64,000 nt of DNA from Bdellovibrionales bacterium (GCA_965203095.1 OZ241877.1:192001-256000); one strand, 5' to 3'. Positions 27,361 through 36,826 are shown, counted from the stretch's first letter. Numbers and translations: made by a program. Notes: generated by a model not told the origin, from the letters alone.

Positions 27361-29427
27361 TTGTCTTATTTATCGCTAAAAATTTTTAAACAGGGCCAAC
27401 TCCTGAAAACAAAAATTTTCACTGATGATCAGATCAGTATAGGGAGTAGTGAGGGTTTGAGCCTTCAGCTTGAAGGGATATCTCCTTGGCATGCTCTTAT
27501 AGAGAAAAAGCATGATATATTTTGTGTTTTGGATCTCCATTCAGAAACAGGGACTTGGTTGGCTGGCCAAAAAATCACAGAGGAAAGCCCTATCTCCTCT
27601 GGTGCTATGATAGGTATAGGCCCTTATGAAATTCAGTTTTTTATAGGCCCTCCGGTGGAAAAAAGCCCTCCTCCTGTTTCAGAAAAAAAGCCTTTAGAGG
27701 AAAAAGCTATTCCTCCAGAAAAGCCAGTGCCCTCTCCCCCGGATCTTCAAAAAACCGAAAAGCCAGCACAGGCTTTAAAAGAGGAGATTCCTAAAACTCC
27801 AACTGTTGAGGAAAAGCCTCCCTTATCCGCAGAAAAGGCACAGGCAAAAGCTCCTTTTTTTGACTCCTCTCAGGCTTTTCCTCCAAAAGAGAGGCCAACA
27901 AAGCCTTCGGGAAAAGGCTTTTGGAACTCCTATGCTCCACAAAGTGCTATTTCCAATTTAGACGAATTTATTACCCCCTCTATAGGCAACTTAATTGAGG
28001 TGACAGTGTGTTGGAAAGAGCGAATATTATCCTCCCACCACTTTTTTAAAAGTGGGGATATTTTTATGGGGCTTAAAAAAACCTGTCAGGTGAAATTTCC
28101 CAATATGATAAGTTCAGCCCCCTATAAACTGTTGAGCATTGCCTCTGGTGCAAAAATTTATTTGAGCCAAGGTGTCCGGGGGCTTCTCATTCAAGGGAAG
28201 AATAAATCCACCAGAACCTTTCACGAGTTGAAAGGCAATCAGACAGTGATTTTAAAGCCTTATGAAATGGTCAAATTAGAGTTCAACTCCTTTTTAAAAG
28301 TTTATGTCCGACTCATGGACAAATCTGCTAAACCTCCTTTGGCCGGGCTTTTGAATTTAAGGCTATCAGAGGCTATGGCTTTATTTTTGGCATTTCTGCT
28401 CACGGGTTTTTTGGTTTTTTACGGTGGCCTATACGCTCCTGCTTTTTTGAAAAAGGATACAGAATTTATTGAAAAAGATGTCCGAGTGGCTAAAGTGGTT
28501 TTTAAAAAAGCTCCTCAGCCTAAGGTTGTAAAATATGATTTGGCTGAGAAAACCAAAAAGGCCAGTAGTATTCAAAAAAAGAAACCTAAAGTCACAAAAA
28601 AGAAAGCTCAAATCAAAACGGTGAAAAGACCCAAAAAAAAGAGAAATCCAAAAAAACCGATAGCCACTCCCCGAAAGGGCAAACAAGGGAAAATGGCCGC
28701 ACAGGCTCCGGGCAAAAATCCTAAAAAGAAAAAAGTCACTGTGGGATCTGTTCGGCCAGGTGGTTCTTTAAAAACAGGAAAAAAAGGTTCTTCAGCTAAA
28801 ACTGTAGCACCAGACCCCAGCAAAGTGGGTTTGCTTGGCACTTTTGGTGGCGGAGGGAAACTGGCAAAATTAGACAAGGGAGCCAGTGGCAGTGGAGGGC
28901 TTTTGGGTTTAGCAGAACAGTCTACAGGTTATGCTGGAACCAAGGAATCTTATGGAGGGGAGGGTATCGGGACTAAGACAAAAGATTTAGGCTCAGGAGG
29001 GCGAGGGAGTTCTTTAGTGGGAATCAGCGGGATCAAGACTAAAGGTAAGGGTTTGGGCCGAGTGGGTTCTGGAGTAGGGGGCTTAGGTAAAAGGGGGCGG
29101 ATGAATATTGAATTTGGATCGGAGGATATTGATGTGACTGGTGAAATTGATAGAGAGGCGATCCGTCAAGTCCTTTTCAGGAACAGGATTAAATTTGATA
29201 GATGTTATAATATGAGTCTTAACCAAAAGTCCACTCAAGGGACTATGACCATGCAATGGCTGATCTCCTCTTCAGGAAGGGGGAGATCTGCAAAAGCGAT
29301 CAATAACAAATTAGGTAGTAAATCTTTAGCCAACTGTGTGTCTGGGGTTTTGGAGCGATTGAATTTCCCCCAACCTCCTGCTGGACAGTTGCCTAAAGTC
29401 ACATTCACTTTTAATTTTGCCTTATAG
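27361..29427 (+). CDS. gltG: GltG-like protein (FHA, TM, Lys/Gly-rich linker, TonB-like C-terminal domain)
   Basis: N-terminal FHA-like region (SPWHALIE, DLHSETGT); single TM; C-terminal GEIDREAIR..CY...ANCV...FPQPP. Confidence 0.8.
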   Translation: MSYLSLKIFKQGQLLKTKIFTDDQISIGSSEGLSLQLEGISPWHALIEKKHDIFCVLDLHSETGTWLAGQKITEESPISSGAMIGIGPYEIQFFIGPPVEKSPPPVSEKKPLEEKAIPPEKPVPSPPDLQKTEKPAQALKEEIPKTPTVEEKPPLSAEKAQAKAPFFDSSQAFPPKERPTKPSGKGFWNSYAPQSAISNLDEFITPSIGNLIEVTVCWKERILSSHHFFKSGDIFMGLKKTCQVKFPNMISSAPYKLLSIASGAKIYLSQGVRGLLIQGKNKSTRTFHELKGNQTVILKPYEMVKLEFNSFLKVYVRLMDKSAKPPLAGLLNLRLSEAMALFLAFLLTGFLVFYGGLYAPAFLKKDTEFIEKDVRVAKVVFKKAPQPKVVKYDLAEKTKKASSIQKKKPKVTKKKAQIKTVKRPKKKRNPKKPIATPRKGKQGKMAAQAPGKNPKKKKVTVGSVRPGGSLKTGKKGSSAKTVAPDPSKVGLLGTFGGGGKLAKLDKGASGSGGLLGLAEQSTGYAGTKESYGGEGIGTKTKDLGSGGRGSSLVGISGIKTKGKGLGRVGSGVGGLGKRGRMNIEFGSEDIDVTGEIDREAIRQVLFRNRIKFDRCYNMSLNQKSTQGTMTMQWLISSSGRGRSAKAINNKLGSKSLANCVSGVLERLNFPQPPAGQLPKVTFTFNFAL

Positions 29428-29617
29428 TGGAGGTTTTTTTGAGAAAAGGAAAGGATAGATCATAAAAGGATTCAGGACATAAGTTAAAGAACTTAAAAAA
29501 TGTTTGCTTTAGAGAGGGCTTAGTGAAAAGATATAAAATTAGGAGGAAGTTTGAAAAGGTTTTTAATTTTTTCTTTTCAATTTTTGACAACAAACAACTC
29601 TTAAAAGGAGGTGCTCA

Positions 29618-30310
29618 ATGGATGCAGAAACAGTGGAAATGATGCACAAATGTGAGGCGGTGACGGGTTTGGCCAAGCCTTTTTGCGAAGGGGGCTTGGT
29701 AATGTATCTCATTGCTCTTGTGGGTTGTGCTACCCTCATGCTCATTTTAGAGAGAGCTTTAAGCTTAAAAAAAATGAGTATAAACAAAGACGCTTTGAGT
29801 GAAAACCTGTTTGGGATTATTTTGCGGGGGGATATTCAGCAAGCTATAGCTTACTGTGATAGTAAACCCGCACCTATTACCAACACCTTAAAGGCCGGCT
29901 TGGTTCAAGTTTTAAACAAAAGGCCAGATGAGGAGGTCCAGGTCGCTATGGACGCCTCTGTTTTGAGGGAGACCCCTAAAATTGAGGGTTGGACTTCTTT
30001 CTTAGCGGTTTTTGGTAATGTGAGTGTGTTAGTTGGCCTTTTGGGCACAATTATTGGGCTGATCAAATCCTTCAGCGGTGTGAGTGAAGCGGATGCGGCT
30101 ACTAAGGCGGCTATGCTTTCTAAGGGGATTTCAGAGGCTTTAAACTGCACGGCCTTTGGCCTGCTGGTGGCCATTATAGCCATTTTTGGATATGCGATCT
30201 TTCAAACTTTGATTGGAAGAGCACTTACAGAGATGACGGAAAGCTCTATGAACCTTATGAATGTAGTTGTTTCTAATAGAGAAAAAATTGAATCCAAAAT
30301 GGGGCAATAA
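29618..30310 (+). CDS. aglR: MotA/TolQ/ExbB proton channel, AglR-like
   Basis: LVGLLGTIIGLIKSF and GISEALNCTAFGL motifs; AGGAGG RBS. Confidence 0.85.
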   Translation: MDAETVEMMHKCEAVTGLAKPFCEGGLVMYLIALVGCATLMLILERALSLKKMSINKDALSENLFGIILRGDIQQAIAYCDSKPAPITNTLKAGLVQVLNKRPDEEVQVAMDASVLRETPKIEGWTSFLAVFGNVSVLVGLLGTIIGLIKSFSGVSEADAATKAAMLSKGISEALNCTAFGLLVAIIAIFGYAIFQTLIGRALTEMTESSMNLMNVVVSNREKIESKMGQ

Positions 30311-30356
30311 TGAAATGCTGTTGTTCTCATTATAAAAAGATCTTGAAGGAGGAGAT

Positions 30357-30836
30357 ATGGCTCATGTAGAGGAAATGGGAGGACAGGGAGGGAGAAAATC
30401 CAATGTGGATCTCAACCTGGTCCCTTTTATTGATTTGATGAGTGTATGCATTATCTTTTTGCTGATCACTGCGGTTTGGACTCAGGTTTCCATGATTCAG
30501 TTAGGGACTTCTATTTACTCTAAAAAAACTTCGGAAGAGCCTATCACTCCGCCAGCTTTTTCCGAAGTGATTTTAAGGGTGGATGTTTTGCCAGATGGTT
30601 TTCGTATATTGTTAGGGAAGGACTTAACTCCCATTCCCAAACTTCCTACCGGTGGATATGACAAAGATCGTTTAGTGGCACTGTTAAAAAAAGCTAAAGA
30701 GCAGTATCCGGACAAAGTGGACGGGGTGGCTTCTGTGAGGGATAATGTGTATTACAAACATTTGATCTCTGCTATGGATGCTCTTTTGATAGCGGGTTTT
30801 CCTCAAGTGTCCATTACCACAACGGGGGTAGAGTGA
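30357..30836 (+). CDS. aglQ: ExbD/TolR family protein, AglQ-like
   Basis: LNLVPFIDLMSVCIIFLL TM with the conserved Asp. Confidence 0.8.
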   Translation: MAHVEEMGGQGGRKSNVDLNLVPFIDLMSVCIIFLLITAVWTQVSMIQLGTSIYSKKTSEEPITPPAFSEVILRVDVLPDGFRILLGKDLTPIPKLPTGGYDKDRLVALLKKAKEQYPDKVDGVASVRDNVYYKHLISAMDALLIAGFPQVSITTTGVE

Positions 30837-30837
30837 T

Positions 30838-31413
30838 ATGCCTATTTATGCTCCGGGGATCCGTAGAGGCCGATATGTCCAAAGCATGAAAAGGGATGTT
30901 GTGGCGGTTTTGCAGTTGACGGCTATGGTGGATATGTTCACGGTTTTGGTGGTTTTTCTTTTACAAAATTATGCAGTCACCAATCAAATTTTACCTATTT
31001 CTGAAAAGATTGAATTGCCTCAAGCCAAAGAGGTTAAGGAGTTAAAGCCCTCTCATGTGGTTGTGCTATCCGATGGAGTCGTCACATTAAACGAAGATGT
31101 TTTAGGCCCTTTAAGTGAGCAGACTTCGGATAGTGATTGGATCTTTCCTCCACTGCAAGAGAAGATGAGAGAACTGCTGGAGATATCAGCAAAAGGTGGC
31201 AGTAATTTTTTGTTGGCACAATTGAGAAACATTCAAAAAGATTCAGAAGGTGAAAATACAGTAAAAAGTGCTCCTTTCCGTGTGACGATTCAAGCGGATG
31301 AGAAAACCAACTTTTTAGAAATAAAAAAGATAATGTATACTTTAACAGATGCCGGAGTGAAAGAGATGAACTTTGCTGTAATTAAAAAACCAGACATCCC
31401 CAAAAAAGACTAA
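30838..31413 (+). CDS. aglS: ExbD/TolR family protein, AglS-like
   Basis: LQLTAMVDMFTVLVVFLL; IQADE...IKKIMYT...AG. Confidence 0.8.
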   Translation: MPIYAPGIRRGRYVQSMKRDVVAVLQLTAMVDMFTVLVVFLLQNYAVTNQILPISEKIELPQAKEVKELKPSHVVVLSDGVVTLNEDVLGPLSEQTSDSDWIFPPLQEKMRELLEISAKGGSNFLLAQLRNIQKDSEGENTVKSAPFRVTIQADEKTNFLEIKKIMYTLTDAGVKEMNFAVIKKPDIPKKD

Positions 31414-31555
31414 CTCCTCATAGTTTTTGTATTTATTAAGCTCTTTAACTAAAAGACATACTTTTTGATCAAGGGATTTTTTCTTAGTGCTATATATTTT
31501 CTCAATTTCCACAATCCATTTTTTATATTGAGGATTACAGTTAAATTCATTAAAA

Positions 31556-31631
31556 TTATACTGATTTTGTTTGAAAATTCCTGCCTCCTCTACTCTGTTT
31601 TGGCCGGAAAATTCATAAGTGATCAGTATAA
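31556..31631 (+). mobile_element. 76-bp MITE-like element, family A, copy 1
   Basis: Perfect 10-bp terminal IR TTATACTGAT / ATCAGTATAA; homologous copies at 32361, 55055 and (partial) 47293. Confidence 0.75.
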
Positions 31632-31746
31632 CTTGGGTTTTCATAAGCTCTTCAGGTATAAATACCCTTCTGGCTTTTATCTTGTGGTTTTACTCCAAAT
31701 TATTCCTCTATTTTCCTCTCTTTTTTAAAAAAAATTAATAAATATA

Positions 31747-31776
31747 TTGACAAATGTCCATACATTATGTTATTTT
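31747..31776 (+). promoter_or_regulatory. TA promoter with palindromic operator in the spacer
   Basis: TTGACA followed by AATGT-CCAT-ACATT palindrome and TG-n-TATTTT; ATG about 9 nt downstream, possibly leaderless. Confidence 0.6.
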
Positions 31777-31784
31777 TTTATAAA

Positions 31785-32096
31785 ATGAAGTTTGAGGGGT
31801 TTAACTGGGATGAGGGAAATATAAATAAATGCCGGAAACATGGGTTAAGCAAATCAGAAATAGAGTGTTTTTTTCTTCAAGAAAAAGTGCACTTGGCACC
31901 AGACATTAAACATTCTGATTTTGAAACCCGTTTTTTAGCTATCGGCAAAGGGCCAAAAGGCAAATTGATGATTGTGGCATTTACTTTTAGAAACTGGAAT
32001 GAAAAAAACCTTATCAGGCCCATAAGTGCACGTTTTATGAACAAAAAGGAGACTCAAAAATATGAAAAAGAATTTAAAACAAATGAAAACAGATAA
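31785..32096 (+). CDS. BrnT family toxin
   Basis: FNWDEGN..K..KHGLS..EIE..F; ETRFLAIG; LIRPISARFMN. Confidence 0.9.
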   Translation: MKFEGFNWDEGNINKCRKHGLSKSEIECFFLQEKVHLAPDIKHSDFETRFLAIGKGPKGKLMIVAFTFRNWNEKNLIRPISARFMNKKETQKYEKEFKTNENR

Positions 32097-32304
32097 ATCA
32101 GCTGAGGATATTTTAAAACAAGATCTGTCCTCTTTTATAAATTCTAAGAATTTTAAGCTGTCACACTTTGAGCTAAAGCCCAAAAACAAAACAGTGACTC
32201 TCAGAATATCAAAAGAGCTTTTAAAGGCTTTAAAAGCCAAAGCAAAAAAACAGGGAGTTAACTATCAAAAGCTTATCCGTCAAGCTCTTGAGCAGTCTCT
32301 TTAA
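32062..32304 (+). CDS. BrnA/CopG-like RHH antitoxin
   Basis: KTVTLRISKELLKALKAKAKKQGVNYQKLIR; overlaps the toxin 3' end. Confidence 0.88.
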   Translation: MKKNLKQMKTDKSAEDILKQDLSSFINSKNFKLSHFELKPKNKTVTLRISKELLKALKAKAKKQGVNYQKLIRQALEQSL

Positions 32305-32360
32305 ACTTAAAAGCTATTTCTTGAATCAGGCTTATATTCACTAATATAATAAAATCTAAC

Positions 32361-32436
32361 TTATACCGATTTTGTTTGAAAATCCCTGTTTTCTTTACCC
32401 TTTTTTGACCGGAAAATTCAACTGTGATCAGTATCA
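32361..32436 (+). mobile_element. 76-bp MITE-like element, family A, copy 2
   Basis: TTATACCGATTTTGTTTGAAAAT...CCGGAAAATTCAACTGTGATCAGTATCA; same length and orientation as 31556-31631. Confidence 0.72.
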
Positions 32437-32859
32437 GTCACCATGAATCAGTTTATTTACCGCTTCAGCTAATAGTTTTCTTCGTGCTTCAAGAAATTTT
32501 TTAAAATGTTCTACTTTCCAGAGATTCTCATCTTCTACAGGTATAAACTGACTCTTTAAAGCTTCTTTCCCTTGTTTATTTATAATCTCTCTAAAATATT
32601 TTTCTGGTTTGTGAGCTGAAATTCTTCTGTTAGTTCTACCACCTATAAAAGAAAGATTTGCAATTTCATTGATTTCTGATGGGGAGTATGTAGCTTGTAA
32701 TATTTTCTTAGGAAAAATATGGTGAACTTGGATTTTATGAAATTTACCTTTTGTTCCTTTTGAGATGCCTATTCCTGATGCCCAGTCTTTTGCATTATTT
32801 TTTTTAGAAGCCATGTAAATCATTGCAAAAAGAGGATTATTTCGCTTTTTACCTTTCAA
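32434..32859 (-). pseudogene. C-terminal HNH-like fragment of a DUF262/DUF1524 (GmrSD-like) protein
   Basis: HHIFPK...INEIANL.FI...TN..IS...P..Y...FLEARRKLL; no N-terminal domain and weak TTG start. Confidence 0.65.
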
Positions 32860-32990
32860 ATCATCAGCATGGATTCGGTTTCTCCCTCAGTCCAAAGCCC
32901 TCAGCTATCAAATAAGCTCTTTTTGTGAAAAATTTACAAAAGACTCTCTAATTCTTTACTTTCCCGGACAATCCTGCTATAAAACAACCA

Positions 32991-33539
32991 ATGAAAATAC
33001 TATTAAGCCTTATCCTTTTAATAAGCCTGCCGGCTTTTTCTGAAAACACGGAGCCAGTTGATCCCACAAAACAAGCAGAATTGATTGAACAAATCAGACA
33101 AGGGAAAAAAGACTTAAGAAGGGCAGACTTGAGAGGGGCAGACTTGACTAATGCGGACTTGGAAGGGGCGAACCTGGCTTTTGCAAACTTGTATAAAGCG
33201 AACTTGTTAAGGGCGGACCTGGAAGGGGCGATTTTAATAGGGGCAGACTTGACAGAGGCAGACTTGACTAATGCGGACTTGGAAGGGGCGAACCTGGCTT
33301 TTGCAAACTTGTATAAAGCGAACTTGTTAAGGGCGGACTTGGAAGGGGCGATTTTAATAGGGGCAAACTTGAGAAAAACGAACCTGAATGCGGCAAACCT
33401 GGAGGGGGGGGCGGACTTAACAGGAGCGAAAATAGAAGGGACAGGCTTTTTTGGAACGAGATTGGAAGGAGCTTATATAGACTCAAAACATAAGCAAAAC
33501 CAATATATATTTAGACCGGATATTAACTGGGTGGATTAA
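32991..33539 (+). CDS. secreted pentapeptide-repeat protein
   Basis: Signal peptide MKILLSLILLISLPAFS; A(D/N)Lxx repeats; 120-bp tandem duplication 33121-33360. Confidence 0.92.
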   Translation: MKILLSLILLISLPAFSENTEPVDPTKQAELIEQIRQGKKDLRRADLRGADLTNADLEGANLAFANLYKANLLRADLEGAILIGADLTEADLTNADLEGANLAFANLYKANLLRADLEGAILIGANLRKTNLNAANLEGGADLTGAKIEGTGFFGTRLEGAYIDSKHKQNQYIFRPDINWVD

Positions 33540-33708
33540 GCCTCAGAACCCTCTATTTTTCTCTCTAATCTCTATCTATATTCCAGCACAAATAAGCTTT
33601 ATTCATGCAGGGTTTTAGAGCACTTTAAATAAAAGCTTGACATTCCCGGACAATGGACTGATAATGGATATATGAAGATATTGATTAACCAAAAACAAAG
33701 GAGCTATT

Positions 33709-34050
33709 ATGATTGAAACAATATGGACGGTTGCAGGTGTTGTGGCGGGAACGGTTATAGCTGTAGTGGCTATCTTAGCTTTTCTTTTGTCTGTTTTTAA
33801 CTCTATTTTAGAGTCAAAACTAAAAATACAAATAGATCCAATAAAACAGGATATAGCTAAGCTTGAGAAAAGAATGGACAGCTTTGATAATGAGTTAAAA
33901 GAGCTTAAAGCTGGACAAGCTAAGCTTGAGGATGGACAAGCTAAGCTTGAGGATGGACAAGCTAAGCTTGAGGATGGACAAGCTAAGCTTGAGGATGGAC
34001 TAACTAAGCTTAATGAAAAGCTGGATAAGATTTTAGCAAAACAGCAATAG
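33709..34050 (+). CDS. membrane-anchored coiled-coil protein with heptad repeats
   Basis: N-terminal TM; GQAKLED x4; AAGGAG RBS; TTGACA-17-GATAAT promoter. Confidence 0.85.
   Translation: MIETIWTVAGVVAGTVIAVVAILAFLLSVFNSILESKLKIQIDPIKQDIAKLEKRMDSFDNELKELKAGQAKLEDGQAKLEDGQAKLEDGQAKLEDGLTKLNEKLDKILAKQQ
33913..33996 (+). repeat. 21-bp tandem repeat, four perfect copies
   Basis: GGACAAGCTAAGCTTGAGGAT x4, in frame. Confidence 0.95.
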
Positions 34051-34159
34051 AGTCTATTTAGTCGCCTGAGAAAAAGGCCCCTTAAATACCCTGAACCTTT
34101 AATAAAATAGGGCTTGAAAACTTTGGGATTTTCCTATAAAATAATAAAATGAGTTTTTC

Positions 34160-34235
34160 TCAGGTGTAGCTCAGCCGGTAGAGCAAGTGGCTGTTAACCA
34201 CTGGGTCGGGGGTTCGAATCCCTCCACCTGAGCCA
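34160..34235 (+). tRNA. tRNA-Asn(GTT)
   Basis: TCAGGTG/CACCTGA acceptor stem, loop CT-GTT-AA, GGTTCGAATCC, CCA end. Confidence 0.97.
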
Positions 34236-34251
34236 TTGTTTTCACAGACGA

Positions 34252-35223
34252 CTATATATTTTCTAAAAAAGTCAGAATCTGAGCCTTTATCTCCTTTGGG
34301 CAGGCTTTTGGAATGCTGGCTCCGGCAGAATGGCAATGCCCGCCTCCACCAAAGTTTTGAGCTAAAGGGAGAATATCTTTTGATTGGGATCGAAAACTCA
34401 GTTTAAGGGATTCATCATTATTTTCCACTAACAAAACCGCGACCTCCACAGTATCCACATCCTTTATCATATCTATTAAATCATAAGCTTGAGTGATATC
34501 GGTTTTGTATTTTGTAAAATCTTCCTCTGTGAGATGCAAAAAGGCCATTTTGTTATTAAAGTGATACTCTGTTTTTTTTAGATTTTCCATAAAATGCAGT
34601 TTGTCTTTTGTGAGGTTTTTAAACAGATTTTCATAAATCAAATTCACATCTTTTATTTTGGGCAGTATTTCCGCCGAAATGGCAAAAGGCTCAGGTGAGT
34701 TTTTAATACAGCGAAAGCAATGGGTATCAAAAACAATGCTGGTAAATAAGCAGGTCGCCATATCCTCATCTAAAGGAATCTGGAGTTTTTTCAATAAGCT
34801 ATAAATCAGCTCGGCAGAGCTGGAGGCCTTTTCATCCACAAAAAAATGATCGGTCTTGTTTTTTTGAATTAAAGGGTGATGATCAATAAAATAAACGGAG
34901 TGGCCATTTCTTTTGATAGAAGAATAAAGAGGCTCGATTTGCCGACTGTCATTCACATCCACAAAAACTCCCAGGCTGTTGGGCGGGAGAGAGGGCTTTT
35001 TCAGGTCAAAAATCTGAATAATTTTTTGTCTATCCATAAAACTATATTTGGAATGGGGCTTTTCCATAGTAAAAAAAGAGGCTTTTTGCCCAATGGACTT
35101 CAAAGCATAATAAAGAGCCAGCCCGGCCCCCAGGCCGTCCCCATCACATGCCCTGTGTGTGGAAATAACAAAATGAGGAGCTTTTTTTTTAAAGAGAGAA
35201 AGGAATTTTTCATCATACATCAA
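34252..35223 (-). CDS. nrnA: DHH family phosphoesterase (NrnA-like)
   Basis: THRACDGDGLG, IDHH, FDT, SFRS and GGGGH..SAG motifs. Confidence 0.88.
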   Translation of the reverse strand: MMYDEKFLSLFKKKAPHFVISTHRACDGDGLGAGLALYYALKSIGQKASFFTMEKPHSKYSFMDRQKIIQIFDLKKPSLPPNSLGVFVDVNDSRQIEPLYSSIKRNGHSVYFIDHHPLIQKNKTDHFFVDEKASSSAELIYSLLKKLQIPLDEDMATCLFTSIVFDTHCFRCIKNSPEPFAISAEILPKIKDVNLIYENLFKNLTKDKLHFMENLKKTEYHFNNKMAFLHLTEEDFTKYKTDITQAYDLIDMIKDVDTVEVAVLLVENNDESLKLSFRSQSKDILPLAQNFGGGGHCHSAGASIPKACPKEIKAQILTFLENI

Positions 35224-35346
35224 TCCCTATATCGGCTGTTTTAGGCCAAAAACAAAATAAATGCTCAAGGTTTTGAAAATAGAGACATAATTTTGCTTGG
35301 CAAGGCTTTTTTTGTGTGATAGCTATATTGGCTTTTAGGAGTATTT

Positions 35347-35820
35347 ATGGATAGACAACCTATAACAGCCGAAGGCAAAAAGCATTTGGAAGAACTGTTA
35401 AAAAAACTCATTCAAATCGAGCGGCCCAAGGTCATTAAAGCCATTCAGTCCGCCAGAGCCCACGGGGATTTGAGCGAAAATGCGGATTATGACGCGGCAA
35501 AGGAGCAACAGGCCCTTTTAGAAGGCCGAATTGCCGATCTGAGTCATAAGTTGGCTAAAGCCCAGGTAGTGGACAGCTCTAAAATCTCTTCTGACAAAAT
35601 CACTTTTGGAGCTTATGTGGATTTAAAAGATTTAGATAACAATCAAAAAACCAGCTATCAAATTGTAGGGGAGTATGAGGCCGATATCTCTAAAGGAAAG
35701 CTCTCTATCAGTTCTCCCTTAGCTAAAAAAATGATTGGCTTAAAAAAAAGCGACAGTTTTTTGCTCAGCACACCTAAAGGGGAGAGAGAATACAAAGTGA
35801 TGGGTTTTTATTTTAAATGA
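35347..35820 (+). CDS. greA: transcription elongation factor GreA
   Basis: ARAHGDLSENADYDAAKE; ISSPLAK. Confidence 0.97.
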   Translation: MDRQPITAEGKKHLEELLKKLIQIERPKVIKAIQSARAHGDLSENADYDAAKEQQALLEGRIADLSHKLAKAQVVDSSKISSDKITFGAYVDLKDLDNNQKTSYQIVGEYEADISKGKLSISSPLAKKMIGLKKSDSFLLSTPKGEREYKVMGFYFK

Positions 35821-36826
35821 TCTCTCTAATATGTGGGAGATAATCTAAAAGCCCAACGGATGAGCCTGTCTTTTTTCCAAGGGCTTTTTCTAAAAAACTT
35901 TTGGGCTTCTCCAGGCTGATTTTATAGACATTGTGAGTTTTTAGTTTTTCCAAAATGTAATCGTCTGAGCATTTTATCTGATCCACCAAGCCTTTTTTTA
36001 ATGCCTCTTCGGCCAGCCAGGCCTCCCCTGTAGCAGTCTTTTCTAAATCAATGTCCCTATATTGCCGAACAAAACTTTTAAACTGATTATGGATCTGATC
36101 CAACTGCTTTTTCAACCTTTCTCTTTTTTCATCAGTCACTTCTCCTAAAGCAGTGACTGTTCTTTTATCCTTTCCCGCGGTAAACTCCTCATAACTGACA
36201 TTGTGTTTCTTTAAAAAATCATGAATATTGGGAATGCCAAAAATAACCCCGATAGAACCTATAAAAGCAAATGGGGAGGATAAGATCTGATCCCCCACAC
36301 AGGCCATAAGGTAGCCTCCACTCCCTGCAAATTTATCTACACAAACAGTTAAGGGAATTTTATGTTCCCTTAACCTTTGCAGTTGATTGGCCGCTAAACC
36401 ATAGTGGGAGACTGAGCCTCCGCGACTATTTAAAATAAGAGCTGTGGAATCTTTACTTTGGGCTATGTTTAAAACTAAAGAAATCTCCTCTCTTAGATTC
36501 TCCACTTGTGAAGCCAGTATATCACCGTTAAATGAAAGCACAAAAAGAGAGGGCCTGCTTTTTTTATCCTCTCTTCTTTTTTTAAAACTTTTTAAATATT
36601 TTTTAAATTCCTTTTTGCCCATTGTTTTTTGTTTGAATTGATGAATGTATTTTCTATAATAACTTTCCATATCTTCCAGATGGAGTTTTTTCTTGCTTTT
36701 GCTCTCCCCTTTGATTTTAGCTATAGTAAAAATAGGAACAATTACACAAACCAAAACAGAGATTATGACCACCAGGCTTTTCAGGCAGAAAAACAAAAGA
36801 GAATAAAAAGAGCTATCCCAATCCAT
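35813..36826 (-). CDS. sohB: protease SohB (S49 family)
   Basis: F.GDILASQVENLREEI, NSRGG.V..YGLAA.QL.RLR, SGGYLMAC, TAG..KRTVT, ATGEAW. Confidence 0.9.
   Translation of the reverse strand: MDWDSSFYSLLFFCLKSLVVIISVLVCVIVPIFTIAKIKGESKSKKKLHLEDMESYYRKYIHQFKQKTMGKKEFKKYLKSFKKRREDKKSRPSLFVLSFNGDILASQVENLREEISLVLNIAQSKDSTALILNSRGGSVSHYGLAANQLQRLREHKIPLTVCVDKFAGSGGYLMACVGDQILSSPFAFIGSIGVIFGIPNIHDFLKKHNVSYEEFTAGKDKRTVTALGEVTDEKRERLKKQLDQIHNQFKSFVRQYRDIDLEKTATGEAWLAEEALKKGLVDQIKCSDDYILEKLKTHNVYKISLEKPKSFLEKALGKKTGSSVGLLDYLPHIREII

Noticed and set aside
31342..31728. ORFs 31342-31644 (-) and 31465-31728 (+) as real genes
   Set aside because: AT-rich, both span the 76-bp element, one overlaps aglS, and neither has a recognisable motif; at best a remnant
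31556..32436. Family-A repeats as integron attC sites
   Set aside because: No RYYYAAC...GTTRRRY ends and no integron integrase; ends are TATAC/GTATA
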